Shown here one piece after another: positions 1-9,500 of a stretch of DNA of 64,000 nucleotides. Position 1 is the stretch's first letter; each line of letters starts with the position of its first letter. The position numbers and the translations under genes are program-made. This DNA comes from a candidate division Zixibacteria bacterium RBG_16_53_22 (lineage in GTDB: Bacteria > Zixibacteria > MSB-5A5 > UBA10806), in NCBI GenBank assembly GCA_001775395.1, contig MEWP01000160.1:266-64265 (forward strand). Reading direction: 5' to 3'. A model generated the notes under the pieces. That model saw only the letters and a list, made by a program, of their open reading frames with translations, searched no databases and was not told the DNA's origin.

Positions 1-114
1 GCGCGAGTTCGGATTGATACGAATGTCCGCTGAGACCGCGATTTTATGCTCGAGGAGGATCGCGGTAAATTCGCTCAATTCGCGCTTTTCGTAACCTATG
101 GTGAAAATCAGCAT
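1..114 (-). CDS. DUF488-family protein, N-terminal fragment (gene continues beyond window start)
   Basis: Reverse-strand ATG at 114 gives MLIFTIGYEKRELSEFTAILLEHKIAVSADIRINPNSR..., resembling the conserved N-terminus of DUF488 proteins; truncated by window edge. Confidence 0.4.
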   Translation of the reverse strand, partial: MLIFTIGYEKRELSEFTAILLEHKIAVSADIRINPNSR

Positions 115-355
115 GGCAAGTTATTAAGAACAATTGCCCCGGGAAGCAATTCTCCAATTTATTTTGCGCATAGACAACTATGTTAGTGGCTAAAGATATA
201 ATTCTCTGCGTCGAAATGCAATGCATTATCGTCGCTTTTGGTCTGCGACGAGCTTGCGAAGCGGGCAATACGTCAGAGTGCCGTTAACGCCGTAACAACT
301 TCCGATGGCGTGATATTTTCGATGCTCTACAGTCATAAAACAAAGCTCTTTTCGC

Positions 356-384
356 TTGACTCTTTCAGGCTCAAAATCTATTAT
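356..384 (+). promoter_or_regulatory. sigma70-type promoter (TTGACT-17nt-TATTAT) upstream of tRNA-Cys/tRNA-Leu
   Basis: TTGACT at 356-361, 17-nt spacer, TATTAT at 379-384, about 17 nt upstream of tRNA 5' end. Confidence 0.5.
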
Positions 385-400
385 CCTGCCGAGCATTCAG

Positions 401-472
401 GGCGGCTTAGCCAAGTGGTAAGGCGGAGGTCTGCAAAACCTCTATTCTCCGGTTCGAATCCGGAAGCCGCCT
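401..472 (+). tRNA. tRNA-Cys (anticodon GCA)
   Basis: Cloverleaf by eye: acceptor GGCGGCT/AGCCGCC, anticodon stem GAGGT/ACCTC with loop CTGCAAA, T-loop TTCGAAT, discriminator U; no encoded CCA. Confidence 0.9.
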
Positions 473-495
473 TTTTTGAGCCTAATGTAATTAAT

Positions 496-584
496 GCCGG
501 AATGGCGGAACAGGAAGACGCAAGGGACTTAAAATCCCTCGGGCTTTGCGGCCCGTGCCGGTTCGATTCCGGCTTCCGGCACCA
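496..584 (+). tRNA. tRNA-Leu (anticodon TAA), class II with long variable arm, CCA encoded
   Basis: Acceptor GCCGGAA/TTCCGGC, anticodon stem AGGGA/TCCCT loop CTTAAAA, variable arm GGGCtttgcgGCCC, T-loop TTCGATT, 3' ACCA. Confidence 0.9.
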
Positions 585-689
585 GATAACAACTGATCTC
601 CATCATAACTATCAGCGCAAATAATCCATAGTTTCGAGTCAAGCCCCGGCCTCGATTGTCGATAATATCATAGGCATGGCAAAGGTGAT

Positions 690-2006
690 GTGCAAACTGT
701 GTTATCATCGACAATAGATCCTCGCAACGGGGCGATTTCAGATCTCGAGGAACGCCTCTTGGAGCAGTCGGACAGGTTCGCCGAAGTGGCCCGGGTCGGC
801 ATGATGATCACCTCGTTGTTGGAGTTAAACAAGATTCTGCCGGTGGTGATGGAAACAGCCCTTCAAGTAGCCAAGGCCGAGGTGGGGCATATCCTGTTAT
901 TCGACGGGCGTTTGTTGTCGGATGCGCGTGTCTCCTGGGGCCTTTCCGGCAAGCTTGCCGACTCGATCCAAAGCGACAGCGGGGAATCACTCTGGGATTA
1001 CATTCAGTGCAATGGCAAGAGCCTCAATCTCGACTCGATCGAACAACGGAGTGATTGGAAGATCGACGACAATCTGACCCATGTCGATAATCTCGTGGCC
1101 GTGCCTCTCAAGACACAGGACCGCACGGTTGGGGCCATGGTAGTTGCCAACAAAATGGACGGGGGGCATTTTGGGCGGGATGACCTGTCGGCATTGGAGA
1201 TGCTGGGCAATTTTGCGGCGGTGGCGGTCGAAAATACCCTGCTTCACGAGCATATGCTGGTCAGGCAGAGAATGGAAACTGAGCTTGACCTGGCCCGCCA
1301 CGTGCAAAAAACCTTGATGCCCAAAAAGGTGGTTGACCTGGGCCGATTATCAATTGTGGCGCACAATCATATGGCGATGCAAGTCGGCGGGGATTTCTAT
1401 GACATTATCGAAATATCTCCGCACAAATATATCCTCATTGTAGCCGATGTTTCCAGCAAGGGGCTTCCGGCAGCTCTATTGATGACATCCACCAGAAGCC
1501 TGATACGCGCCTATGCCGACGAAACGCTCGACCTCGCCCGGTTGATAAGAAACGTAAATATCCAATTGTGCAAGGATTCCAATGAACTTCGCGGCATGTT
1601 TGTAACGCTGGTGGCGGTAATGATTGATTTCGACGACCAGGTCATCAGGTCGGTCAATGCCGGCCATCCACCGGCATTTCTGCGTTACTCCGATGGCGCC
1701 ATAAAGGAATTAAAAGTCGGCGGGCCGTTCCTGGGGCAATTCGATAACCTGGAATTCAAGCTGGAGAGCCATCCCCTGGCAAACGGCTGCAGGATATTCA
1801 TGTATACCGACGGCACATTTGAGGGGGTCGACGACCAGGGCAAAATGCTCGGATTGTCGAATCTGCGCGAGTTTTTTGCCGCTAACAGCCATTTGTCGTC
1901 GGAGCGTTTTATCGACCGATTGCGAGAGGTATTGGATAGATATTCGTGCGAAGCATCCGAGGCCGATGATACCACTTATCTGATTGCCGACGTGAGGCGG
2001 GCATGA
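690..2006 (+). CDS. GAF domain + PP2C/SpoIIE-type serine phosphatase (RsbU-like), GTG start
   Basis: 438 aa; N-terminal GAF-like region, C-terminal SpoIIE/PP2C motifs (QVGGDFYD..., ILIVADVSSKG..., TDGTFEG); 4-nt overlap with downstream kinase gene. Confidence 0.8.
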   Translation: MQTVLSSTIDPRNGAISDLEERLLEQSDRFAEVARVGMMITSLLELNKILPVVMETALQVAKAEVGHILLFDGRLLSDARVSWGLSGKLADSIQSDSGESLWDYIQCNGKSLNLDSIEQRSDWKIDDNLTHVDNLVAVPLKTQDRTVGAMVVANKMDGGHFGRDDLSALEMLGNFAAVAVENTLLHEHMLVRQRMETELDLARHVQKTLMPKKVVDLGRLSIVAHNHMAMQVGGDFYDIIEISPHKYILIVADVSSKGLPAALLMTSTRSLIRAYADETLDLARLIRNVNIQLCKDSNELRGMFVTLVAVMIDFDDQVIRSVNAGHPPAFLRYSDGAIKELKVGGPFLGQFDNLEFKLESHPLANGCRIFMYTDGTFEGVDDQGKMLGLSNLREFFAANSHLSSERFIDRLREVLDRYSCEASEADDTTYLIADVRRA

Positions 2007-2461
2007 GCAAGTTCACGTTCTCATTCCCCACTGCCGAGATATCGCTGCGGGTGGCCGACGACATATTCGGAGTCATCATCGATGCCCAGAATTTCGACCG
2101 CATGGAGCGTCACCGCCTGAAAGTGATTGTCTCGGAGCTATTCGTAAACGCCTACCTGCACGGCAATAAGGCCGACCCCGAAAAATGCATCGATGTCGTG
2201 CTGGAGATAGATGAATATAATTTCGTGGTCATAGTCAAGGATCGCGGCGACGGCTTAAGTCGGGAAAAGGTCAAGGCGCTCTCGCGCGCGATTGTGGACC
2301 ATCAAACCGAACATGGTCGAGGCTTTGGCCTGATGCACAGGCTGGGCGACAAAGTCGATTCGTTCAGGGATTCGGACGGCAGGTTCTGCGTGCGGGTGGC
2401 CAAGAGAATCAGGGTAGATAACAAGAACGGCCGTGTTGAATCACCGGCGAATCAGGAGTGA
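2003..2461 (+). CDS. RsbW/SpoIIAB-like anti-sigma regulatory factor (HATPase_c serine kinase)
   Basis: 152 aa; motif SELFVNAYLHG ... VKDRGDGL ... GRGFGLMHRL typical of partner-switching kinases. Confidence 0.7.
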   Translation: MSKFTFSFPTAEISLRVADDIFGVIIDAQNFDRMERHRLKVIVSELFVNAYLHGNKADPEKCIDVVLEIDEYNFVVIVKDRGDGLSREKVKALSRAIVDHQTEHGRGFGLMHRLGDKVDSFRDSDGRFCVRVAKRIRVDNKNGRVESPANQE

Positions 2462-2817
2462 TGATGGAAATTTCCAGTCGAAATAACGGTGACGTGGCGA
2501 TACTTGAAATTTCCGGGCGGCTCGACCAAAACAGCGCCGGCAAATTGAAATCGGCCTGTCTCGAAATAGTGGCCCCCGGGAATTGCCAGTTGATAATCGG
2601 CATGTCGAGGCTGGAATTCATAAACAGTTCCGGTTTAGGGACGCTGGTTTCGATTCTCAAGGATGTCAGGACGAACAACGGCCATATGAAGCTTGTCAAC
2701 CTGCCGCCATTTGTCAGGGAGATATTCGAGATAACCCAATTGCGCAATATTTTCGATATCTGTAACGACGAGGCATGCGCCAGGCGCTCTTTCAACACGG
2801 CCCTGGTCAGCGATTGA
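2458..2817 (+). CDS. STAS-domain anti-sigma-factor antagonist (RsbV/SpoIIAA-like)
   Basis: 119 aa; GRLDQNSAGKL...EFINSSGLGTLV...LVNLPPFVREIFEITQL; overlaps upstream kinase gene by 4 nt. Confidence 0.8.
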   Translation: MMMEISSRNNGDVAILEISGRLDQNSAGKLKSACLEIVAPGNCQLIIGMSRLEFINSSGLGTLVSILKDVRTNNGHMKLVNLPPFVREIFEITQLRNIFDICNDEACARRSFNTALVSD

Positions 2818-2955
2818 CGGCCGCGGAGTCGGGCGCAGGCGATTTGGAGTCGAGATATAAAAACCAAGAAGATTGATTATGAGCAGGAGCAACTGCCTCG
2901 AATAAGTGAGCCAATCAGTTCCCGAGCCTCGATCCTCATCGTTGACGATGACCCG

Positions 2956-3453
2956 TTGGTCCTGGACCTGCTGAGCGAGTTGCTGGGCCACAGCGAATTC
3001 GCGATTGCCACAGCCTCATCGGGAGAAGAGGCCCTGGCCAAAATGAGGGCGATTCCGATCGACGTGGCCCTGGTCGATTTCAAGATGCCGGGGATCGATG
3101 GACTCGAGACAATCGAGAGAATCAGCGTCGTCGATCCCGAAATCGTCACTGTCATTATGACCGGCTTTCCCACACTCGACTCCTCCATAAGAGCCATCAA
3201 GCTCGGTGCCTCGGATTACCTGCTAAAGCCATTTAGGTTGGAGGAGGTCAATCTGGCAGTGGGCCGGGCTATTAAAGAGAGGGAGCTTCGCAGAGAAATG
3301 AGAAGTCTCCGCCGACGAGCAGCCGTGCTTGACAAAAGTACCGAAGGTAACAAGGACAATATCAAAATTAACCAGAAAGTGAATTCGACCTCAACCGCTT
3401 CTTTCCTTACTGCGCGCTCGGACCGTGAGCGAAATATTGATGATATGCGGTAA
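2956..3453 (+). CDS. CheY-like response-regulator receiver protein (start codon uncertain; TTG at 2956 lies inside the conserved ILIVDDD motif)
   Basis: Receiver motifs ILIVDDDP...VALVDFKMPGIDG...TGF...YLLKPF; in-frame upstream extension to 2818 encodes ...SRASILIVDDD but contains no ATG/GTG/TTG. Confidence 0.7.
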   Translation: MVLDLLSELLGHSEFAIATASSGEEALAKMRAIPIDVALVDFKMPGIDGLETIERISVVDPEIVTVIMTGFPTLDSSIRAIKLGASDYLLKPFRLEEVNLAVGRAIKERELRREMRSLRRRAAVLDKSTEGNKDNIKINQKVNSTSTASFLTARSDRERNIDDMR

Positions 3454-3618
3454 CGCGATGCTTGAAAGAAGTTAATTTGCCGGCGTATTAGACATAATTC
3501 GCGAACCCATTGATAGTAATCGTCGGCCGGGCCGCCCCCGCTGATCAAAATATCAACACCTGCCTGCTTAGATTTCCATTGATAAAACGACCATCGATGT
3601 ATTAATATAAAGTCCATT

Positions 3619-4851
3619 ATGGATGGGCGTGAAAACGAGCTGGAAAAACTCGAGAAGCTGGCCGAGTCATTTTTGACCATGGGCGATTTCACCCAGATCA
3701 TGCGGGATTCGTATTCCCGGCTGGAATCGCAATACGAGGATGTCAATACGCGGCTGGCGCGCGTTAATGAGCTTCTGCGGCAATCGCTTTCCGAGCGAAA
3801 TCGCCTGGCGCATTATCTCCACAACATCCTCGAAAGTCTCGACACGGGAGTTATCGTAACCGACCAGGCCGGCCGAATTAATGTATTCAATTCGGCGGCG
3901 CGGAAATATACCGGAATCGAGCCCGCCGACGCCCTTGGACGGAACTTACACGATATTATCGATATAGGCAAGGCAAGGTCCGATGAAGCCTCTCGGCTGG
4001 CCGCGGGAGAATCGATTTCCGGCGAAATTCTGCTGCGCCCGACCGATGGGACGAGTATCGCGGCCGCCTTTTCGATTACCCGGCTCAGAGAGGCCGGATC
4101 GGCTGCCCAATCAGGATCGGTGCTGATTCTCTATGATCTCACCGAAATAAAGAGACTTCAGGATAACCTGAAGCGGGTCTCGACCCTGGCAGCGCTCGGC
4201 GAAATGGCGGCCACGGTGGCGCACGAAATCCGGAACCCGCTTGCCGGAATTTCCGGTTTCACGGCTCTGCTGTTGAGAGATGTCGAGCCTGGCAATGAGG
4301 TCAGGCGGCTGGTGGAGAAAATCAACGAGGGCGTCAAATCGCTTAATTCGATTGTCGGAAGTCTGCTGGACTACACCCGCAATGTCTACCCCGAGATGGT
4401 CGAGACCGATCCGATTAAAATTGTGGAAAACGCCATTTGCGACATAAAGACGGAGCCGGAATCTCAAAACCAGGTATTCGAGGTCAAGGTCGGTTCTCGG
4501 CGCTTGAAAGCCGTCCTCGACCCTCAACTATTCAGGCTGGTAGTATTAAACTTGCTCAAGAATGCTATTCAGGCCTGCCCCGCGGGAGGGAAAATCAAAA
4601 TATGCCTGAATCGAACGAAAGCCGGCGCGCTGCAGATTTCAGTCGAGGATGAAGGCCCCGGCATATCCGACCTGGCCCGGGAAAAGATATTCGAACCGTT
4701 TTTCACCACCAAGGCAAATGGAACAGGCCTGGGGCTGGCTACAGTCAAAAAATTGACCGAGCTTCACGGGGGTCGAGTAACGGCGGAAAACAGGCCCGGC
4801 GGGGGCGCAGTATTTACAATTGAGATTCCGGATTCGGTCAGGGGTGATTAG
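3619..4851 (+). CDS. Cytoplasmic PAS-domain sensor histidine kinase
   Basis: 410 aa; coiled-coil N-term, PAS-like region, HisKA H-box [13 protein letters not shown], HATPase G-boxes ([12 protein letters not shown]). Confidence 0.85.
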   Translation: MDGRENELEKLEKLAESFLTMGDFTQIMRDSYSRLESQYEDVNTRLARVNELLRQSLSERNRLAHYLHNILESLDTGVIVTDQAGRINVFNSAARKYTGIEPADALGRNLHDIIDIGKARSDEASRLAAGESISGEILLRPTDGTSIAAAFSITRLREAGSAAQSGSVLILYDLTEIKRLQDNLKRVSTLAALGEMAATVAHEIRNPLAGISGFTALLLRDVEPGNEVRRLVEKINEGVKSLNSIVGSLLDYTRNVYPEMVETDPIKIVENAICDIKTEPESQNQVFEVKVGSRRLKAVLDPQLFRLVVLNLLKNAIQACPAGGKIKICLNRTKAGALQISVEDEGPGISDLAREKIFEPFFTTKANGTGLGLATVKKLTELHGGRVTAENRPGGGAVFTIEIPDSVRGD

Positions 4852-6205
4852 TTTGAAGCATAGAATTCTCATAGTCGATGATGAAGCGATAGTGCGCGAT
4901 TTCATATCGGAGGTGCTGATCCGCATGGGATACGCGCCCCTGGCGGTTGAGGACGGCCAGAAAGCGCTCGATTATCTTCGGCGCGGCGAATTCGATATCG
5001 TAATAACCGACATGAAAATGCCCGGCATCTCGGGAATTGATCTTCTCAAGCAAACATTGGGATTATGGCCCGATTGCCGGGTGATAATCATCACTGCTTT
5101 CGGAACCATCGAGCAGGCGGTAGGCGCCATGAAATTGGGCGCCCATGATTATATCACCAAGCCCATAAGCCCCGACCATATCGAAATGGTAGTCGCGAAG
5201 GCTCTGGAATACAAGACTCTGAAACTGGAGAACCGGGTCTTAAGACGCGAGATCAGCGAAAAGTATTCATTCGAGAATATAATCGGCAAGGCCTCCTCGA
5301 TGAAGAAGGTGTTCGAGCTAATCCAGCGGGCCAGCCCGTCCGACTCCACGATTCTAATCAGCGGCGAATCGGGCACCGGCAAGGAGCTGGTAGCCAAGGC
5401 GATTCATTATAATTCACCGAGGGCGGGGGGGCCGTTTATCAAAATGAATTGCGCGGCGCTTCCCGAGGGGCTGATAGAGTCGGAACTATTCGGGCATGAG
5501 AAAGGGGCGTTCACCGGAGCCATCAGAGCCACTCGCGGACGATTTGAACTGGCGGATGGCGGAACTCTGCTGCTGGACGAGATTTCCGAGATACCGCCGT
5601 CGCTGCAGGCCAAGCTCTTGCGCGTGCTTCAGGAGAAAGAGTTTGAGCGGATTGGCTCGGGCCAGACAATTAAAACCAATGTCAGGGTGATCGCTACCTC
5701 CAACAGAGACCTGAAAGATGAAGTGGGGCGCGGTAATTTCCGGGATGATCTTTTTTATCGGCTTAATGTCATTCCGATAGATCTTCCACCCCTGAGGCAG
5801 AGAAACGAGGATATCCCCCTGTTGTGCGAATATTTTCTCGACAAATTTGCCCAGAAATTGGGGATTCCCGCCAAGGCGCTTTCGGACAAAACGATGGGGT
5901 TATTGTTGGCTTATCAATGGCCCGGCAATGTCCGAGAATTGGAAAACGTGATCGAACGGGCCACGGTGATATCGAAAAACCAGGAGCTGAAGCCATCGGA
6001 TCTGCCATCGGAGGTTTCCTCGGGCGTGCCTGATTTTCCTCGCGGCGGACTCGAGGCAGGTATCACTATCGATGGCGCCGAAAAGATGCTGATATTGAAA
6101 ACGCTGAAGGCCCACGGCGGCAATAAAACCAAAGCGGCCGAGGTATTGGGCATTTCAACCAGAACTCTTCGGAATAAGCTTCAGGAATACGGATTTTCGG
6201 AATAA
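4820..6205 (+). CDS. Sigma54-dependent response regulator (NtrC family: receiver + AAA+ + HTH)
   Basis: 461 aa; ILIVDDE receiver, GESGTGKE Walker A, GAFTGA sigma54-contact motif, C-terminal Fis-type HTH; TTG start overlaps kinase end. Confidence 0.9.
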   Translation: MRFRIRSGVISLKHRILIVDDEAIVRDFISEVLIRMGYAPLAVEDGQKALDYLRRGEFDIVITDMKMPGISGIDLLKQTLGLWPDCRVIIITAFGTIEQAVGAMKLGAHDYITKPISPDHIEMVVAKALEYKTLKLENRVLRREISEKYSFENIIGKASSMKKVFELIQRASPSDSTILISGESGTGKELVAKAIHYNSPRAGGPFIKMNCAALPEGLIESELFGHEKGAFTGAIRATRGRFELADGGTLLLDEISEIPPSLQAKLLRVLQEKEFERIGSGQTIKTNVRVIATSNRDLKDEVGRGNFRDDLFYRLNVIPIDLPPLRQRNEDIPLLCEYFLDKFAQKLGIPAKALSDKTMGLLLAYQWPGNVRELENVIERATVISKNQELKPSDLPSEVSSGVPDFPRGGLEAGITIDGAEKMLILKTLKAHGGNKTKAAEVLGISTRTLRNKLQEYGFSE

Positions 6206-6391
6206 GCATTTTGGCCGCGACTCCGGTTCATAAATTGAATGGTGACAACTTATCTCCGACCTGCAAACAGCTTATCTTTTCATAGCCATTGAATTGCAGC
6301 CTCGCTTTCTCCTATCTTGACCCCCGCCTGATGCCCTTCATGCGGCAATTTCAGCCTCAATATAGAAAGTAATTTGCATTAAGGGTCGTGT

Positions 6392-8119
6392 GTGGGGGCA
6401 CGCGATGACATTAGTGATGATTCCAATGGTCTGGTTATTTTAAATTCATTACGATATATTAATGCCTGCCTTATGATAAATGCGAAAGACATAGTCGTAC
6501 GGTATCAGTCCGACGGTAAAGTAGTCGAGGCTCTCGGCTCGGTTTCGCTGAATATCGGTGAGGGTGAATATGTCGCCATGCTTGGTCCTAACGGATCAGG
6601 CAAGTCGACATTTCTGCGAGCGCTTTGTGGATTAGTCGACATTGCCGGCGGGGAAGTGACTATTCTCGGCAAGACGGCCGCATTCGGCTCGTTCAGCGAT
6701 TCTCTTTTCGGGCGAGTGGGTGTCGTATTCCAGGAGCCTGAGGGGCAATTCGTCATGCGCGATGCTGGAACGGAAATCGAGATGCTTCTTCAGAATCTGG
6801 GTATTCCGCACGATGAGCAAGAAGGACTATTTGAGCAAATAGTGAACGAATTCGAGCTTGGTCCGTTGCTGAAACGAAAACCGGAGTCGCTTTCCGGAGG
6901 CCAGATGCAGTTGGTCAACCTCGCTTGCGCCCTGGCCGGCGGCGCTCGCGTCCTGTTGCTGGATGAGCCGACAACTTTTCTCGATCAAACCTGGCGCGAA
7001 AAATTCCTTTCGCTTCTGGATAAACTCAGCGGAGATGGTCTTACCATACTTCATATCACGCAATATCCTGATGAGGCGGCGCGGGCGAGGAGGATTTGCC
7101 TGCTTGATCGCGGCCAACTCGCATTCGACGGCCAACCGGATGATATATTCTCCGATGAGAACCTCCTTTCACGGCTTCGACTCACAGCGCCGATCCGCCG
7201 GCAATTCGCCGGCGTTTTTGGCTTCGATGTCTCCGACATAGGCAAAGCGGCTGATTTCGCCAATAGCTTGAACCGTGAACCTGCCGAGCCGAACCAATTT
7301 TGCCATGTCGGGGAGGCCGTGATCACGGTTTCCGAGATGAGCTATTCTTATCGAACGAGCGGATTTGGAATTAGGGTCGAGCGCCTGGAACTCTATACAA
7401 GCGAGATTGTCGGGCTTGTGGGGCCGACCGGCTCCGGTAAATCGACTCTGGCATTCTTGCTGGCGGGGCTGCTAAAGCCGGCCCAGGGTATAATCAATAT
7501 CAACGGCCGTCGGGCAGAAGATTGCGAGGCGGCAAAGCTTCGGCGTCCAATCGGTTTATCCTGGCAATTGGCCGATTTAGCCCTGATCGGACCGACCGTT
7601 GAGGATGATGTCAGATTCGGCCTGGAAGATAAAGAGGTCGATACACGGAATATCCTGGAACTGGTCGGGCTGGAGGGTTTCGAAGGCAGGATAGTCGATT
7701 CGCTTTCGGGAGGGGAAAAGCGGAAATTATCGCTGGCCTCGATTCTGGTGGCTGGACCGAGTTTATTAATTCTGGATGAGCCGTCGGCATTTCTGGATCC
7801 CGGCTCTCAGGCTGAGCTTATCGGCATCTTGCGCAAGATCGCCCGGCAAGGACATGGTATAGTCATAATCGGGCACGACTTGCATTTTATATCCGAGTTG
7901 GCCGACAGGGTATTGGGCATGAAAGATGGAAGAATCGTCATTGACGTGTCATCAAGCGAGTTTTTCTCCAGCCCGGATTATCTTGAAATGCTCGGCTTGC
8001 CCTCGAATTCCATCGTCGATTTTAGAAGAATGCTGGTCGGACGCGGCATAACGTTGTCGAGCGGGACCCTGAATGTATATGAAATGGCCCGTCAATTGGG
8101 GTTGGCACGAGCTACTTGA
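6392..8119 (+). CDS. ECF-transporter/ABC ATPase with two fused ATP-binding domains (EcfA1-EcfA2 / CbiO-like)
   Basis: 575 aa; two Walker A (GPNGSGKST, GPTGSGKST), two signature motifs (LSGGQMQ, LSGGEKR), two Walker B (LLLDEPT, LILDEPS). Confidence 0.8.
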   Translation: MGARDDISDDSNGLVILNSLRYINACLMINAKDIVVRYQSDGKVVEALGSVSLNIGEGEYVAMLGPNGSGKSTFLRALCGLVDIAGGEVTILGKTAAFGSFSDSLFGRVGVVFQEPEGQFVMRDAGTEIEMLLQNLGIPHDEQEGLFEQIVNEFELGPLLKRKPESLSGGQMQLVNLACALAGGARVLLLDEPTTFLDQTWREKFLSLLDKLSGDGLTILHITQYPDEAARARRICLLDRGQLAFDGQPDDIFSDENLLSRLRLTAPIRRQFAGVFGFDVSDIGKAADFANSLNREPAEPNQFCHVGEAVITVSEMSYSYRTSGFGIRVERLELYTSEIVGLVGPTGSGKSTLAFLLAGLLKPAQGIININGRRAEDCEAAKLRRPIGLSWQLADLALIGPTVEDDVRFGLEDKEVDTRNILELVGLEGFEGRIVDSLSGGEKRKLSLASILVAGPSLLILDEPSAFLDPGSQAELIGILRKIARQGHGIVIIGHDLHFISELADRVLGMKDGRIVIDVSSSEFFSSPDYLEMLGLPSNSIVDFRRMLVGRGITLSSGTLNVYEMARQLGLARAT

Positions 8120-9392
8120 CCTCGCCGGCGGCCTCGGGCATGATGGTCATGCCCAATTTTTTGCGGGGCTCTTTCAATTTAACAGAGATAACGATCGATA
8201 CCAGCGTGGTGAAACAAACTATGAAAAAGATGATCCTCAGCGAGAACACCTGACCCAACAAGCCTCCGAGCGCCGAGAAGAAAACAGTTGGAGCTATCAG
8301 AGTGTGCATCAGGCCGATAGACAGAAGCCGTCCCCGCTCCGGCAGGAATTCGAGCAGATAATTAAAGTAACCCATCCCGATACCGGATTCGGCCATTCCC
8401 AAGAGCAGGAAAACCGCCGAGAAGGCGAACGGGCTGATATGGGCAAATGAGACCACAAAAGCCAGAAGCGGCGGGGCCAGACTGGCTGCGCCGGCGAATA
8501 TAATTACCTTTCTGTTAGAGACATGATTCGAGAGCCAGGCCCACAAGGCGTTGGAGGCCAGGAAGCCGACCATTTCGGCAGTCAGGTATATGCCGGCCGT
8601 CGATTCCGAGGCCCCCAGCCTGCTTATGGCGAATACTACGTAAAAAGGAAGCGCCAGGAATATCGTATTGATGAAAAGGCGCGACCAGAACAAAAGCCTG
8701 AAATTTCCGTTTGTTCTAAAAACCGCCCAAGCCGATCTCAATTGCTGTGAAAACGGAGCCTTATCGACCAGATGCCGGGACTCGGGTTCCCTGACATAGG
8801 CGAAAGTAATCAGGCCCAGGAGCATCAATAACCAGGCGGAAATATATATGTAGCCGAAATTATATGGGAATGGATAAGTGCTGATTATCCTCCTTACAAA
8901 TATGCCCTCGACAGCCGCCAGTGAGCCACCGATAAACATGCGCAATCCGAAATAACTTCCCCGCTTGTTGACAGGTATCGTCTTGCCGACAATTTCGGTA
9001 AAAGCGACACCCGCGAATCCGGCCGCAATGGAAAGGGAGCCGAAACTAATCGAAAATGAGAGCAGGATGGCATTTGGATTATTGCTGAATAAGAAGATAC
9101 CGCCGATCGCCAGGCCGAAAAAGCCGAGTCTCAGAAAAGACAGGCTATTGTAAAATGACATCATGCGAGATCGGTGTGCGATGAAGGCCGCCGCGAAAAG
9201 CTGAGGAAAAAACCATCCGAAACTCTCCAACGTGGAGAAAAGACCGATCAGCACTTTCGACTCAGTCAATTGGGAGATGAAAACCGGTAAGATAGTGGAG
9301 CCCGACAAAAAGGCCAGCGCGGCGTTGAAAAGCGCGCCGTTTAATACTCCCAGGCCAAAATTGCGCCTGAAGTTCTTATCCGTAATAGGCAC
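8112..9392 (-). CDS. MFS-family transporter (12 predicted TM helices)
   Basis: 426 aa, highly hydrophobic, MFS-like repeats; convergent with and overlapping the ABC ATPase gene by 8 nt. Confidence 0.75.
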   Translation of the reverse strand: MPITDKNFRRNFGLGVLNGALFNAALAFLSGSTILPVFISQLTESKVLIGLFSTLESFGWFFPQLFAAAFIAHRSRMMSFYNSLSFLRLGFFGLAIGGIFLFSNNPNAILLSFSISFGSLSIAAGFAGVAFTEIVGKTIPVNKRGSYFGLRMFIGGSLAAVEGIFVRRIISTYPFPYNFGYIYISAWLLMLLGLITFAYVREPESRHLVDKAPFSQQLRSAWAVFRTNGNFRLLFWSRLFINTIFLALPFYVVFAISRLGASESTAGIYLTAEMVGFLASNALWAWLSNHVSNRKVIIFAGAASLAPPLLAFVVSFAHISPFAFSAVFLLLGMAESGIGMGYFNYLLEFLPERGRLLSIGLMHTLIAPTVFFSALGGLLGQVFSLRIIFFIVCFTTLVSIVISVKLKEPRKKLGMTIMPEAAGEVK

Positions 9393-9500
9393 GGTGGCTA
9401 AAGATATGATAGCCGCGGCGTCCGGGCAAGCGGTAAACGGATATTGCGATGAGCGCTATAGGGGCTTGAAAGTTAAGGATTTATATATTATCATGGCGGC

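Noticed and set aside
238-624. 128-aa + strand ORF spanning both tRNA genes
   Set aside because: Entirely overlaps tRNA-Cys and tRNA-Leu; no protein-like composition; artefact of six-frame translation.
6206-6391. Looked for a cobalamin riboswitch upstream of the ECF/CbiO-like ATPase
   Set aside because: No B12-box (GCCACTG) or the conserved cobalamin-riboswitch core seen by eye; region appears to be an ordinary promoter/5' UTR.
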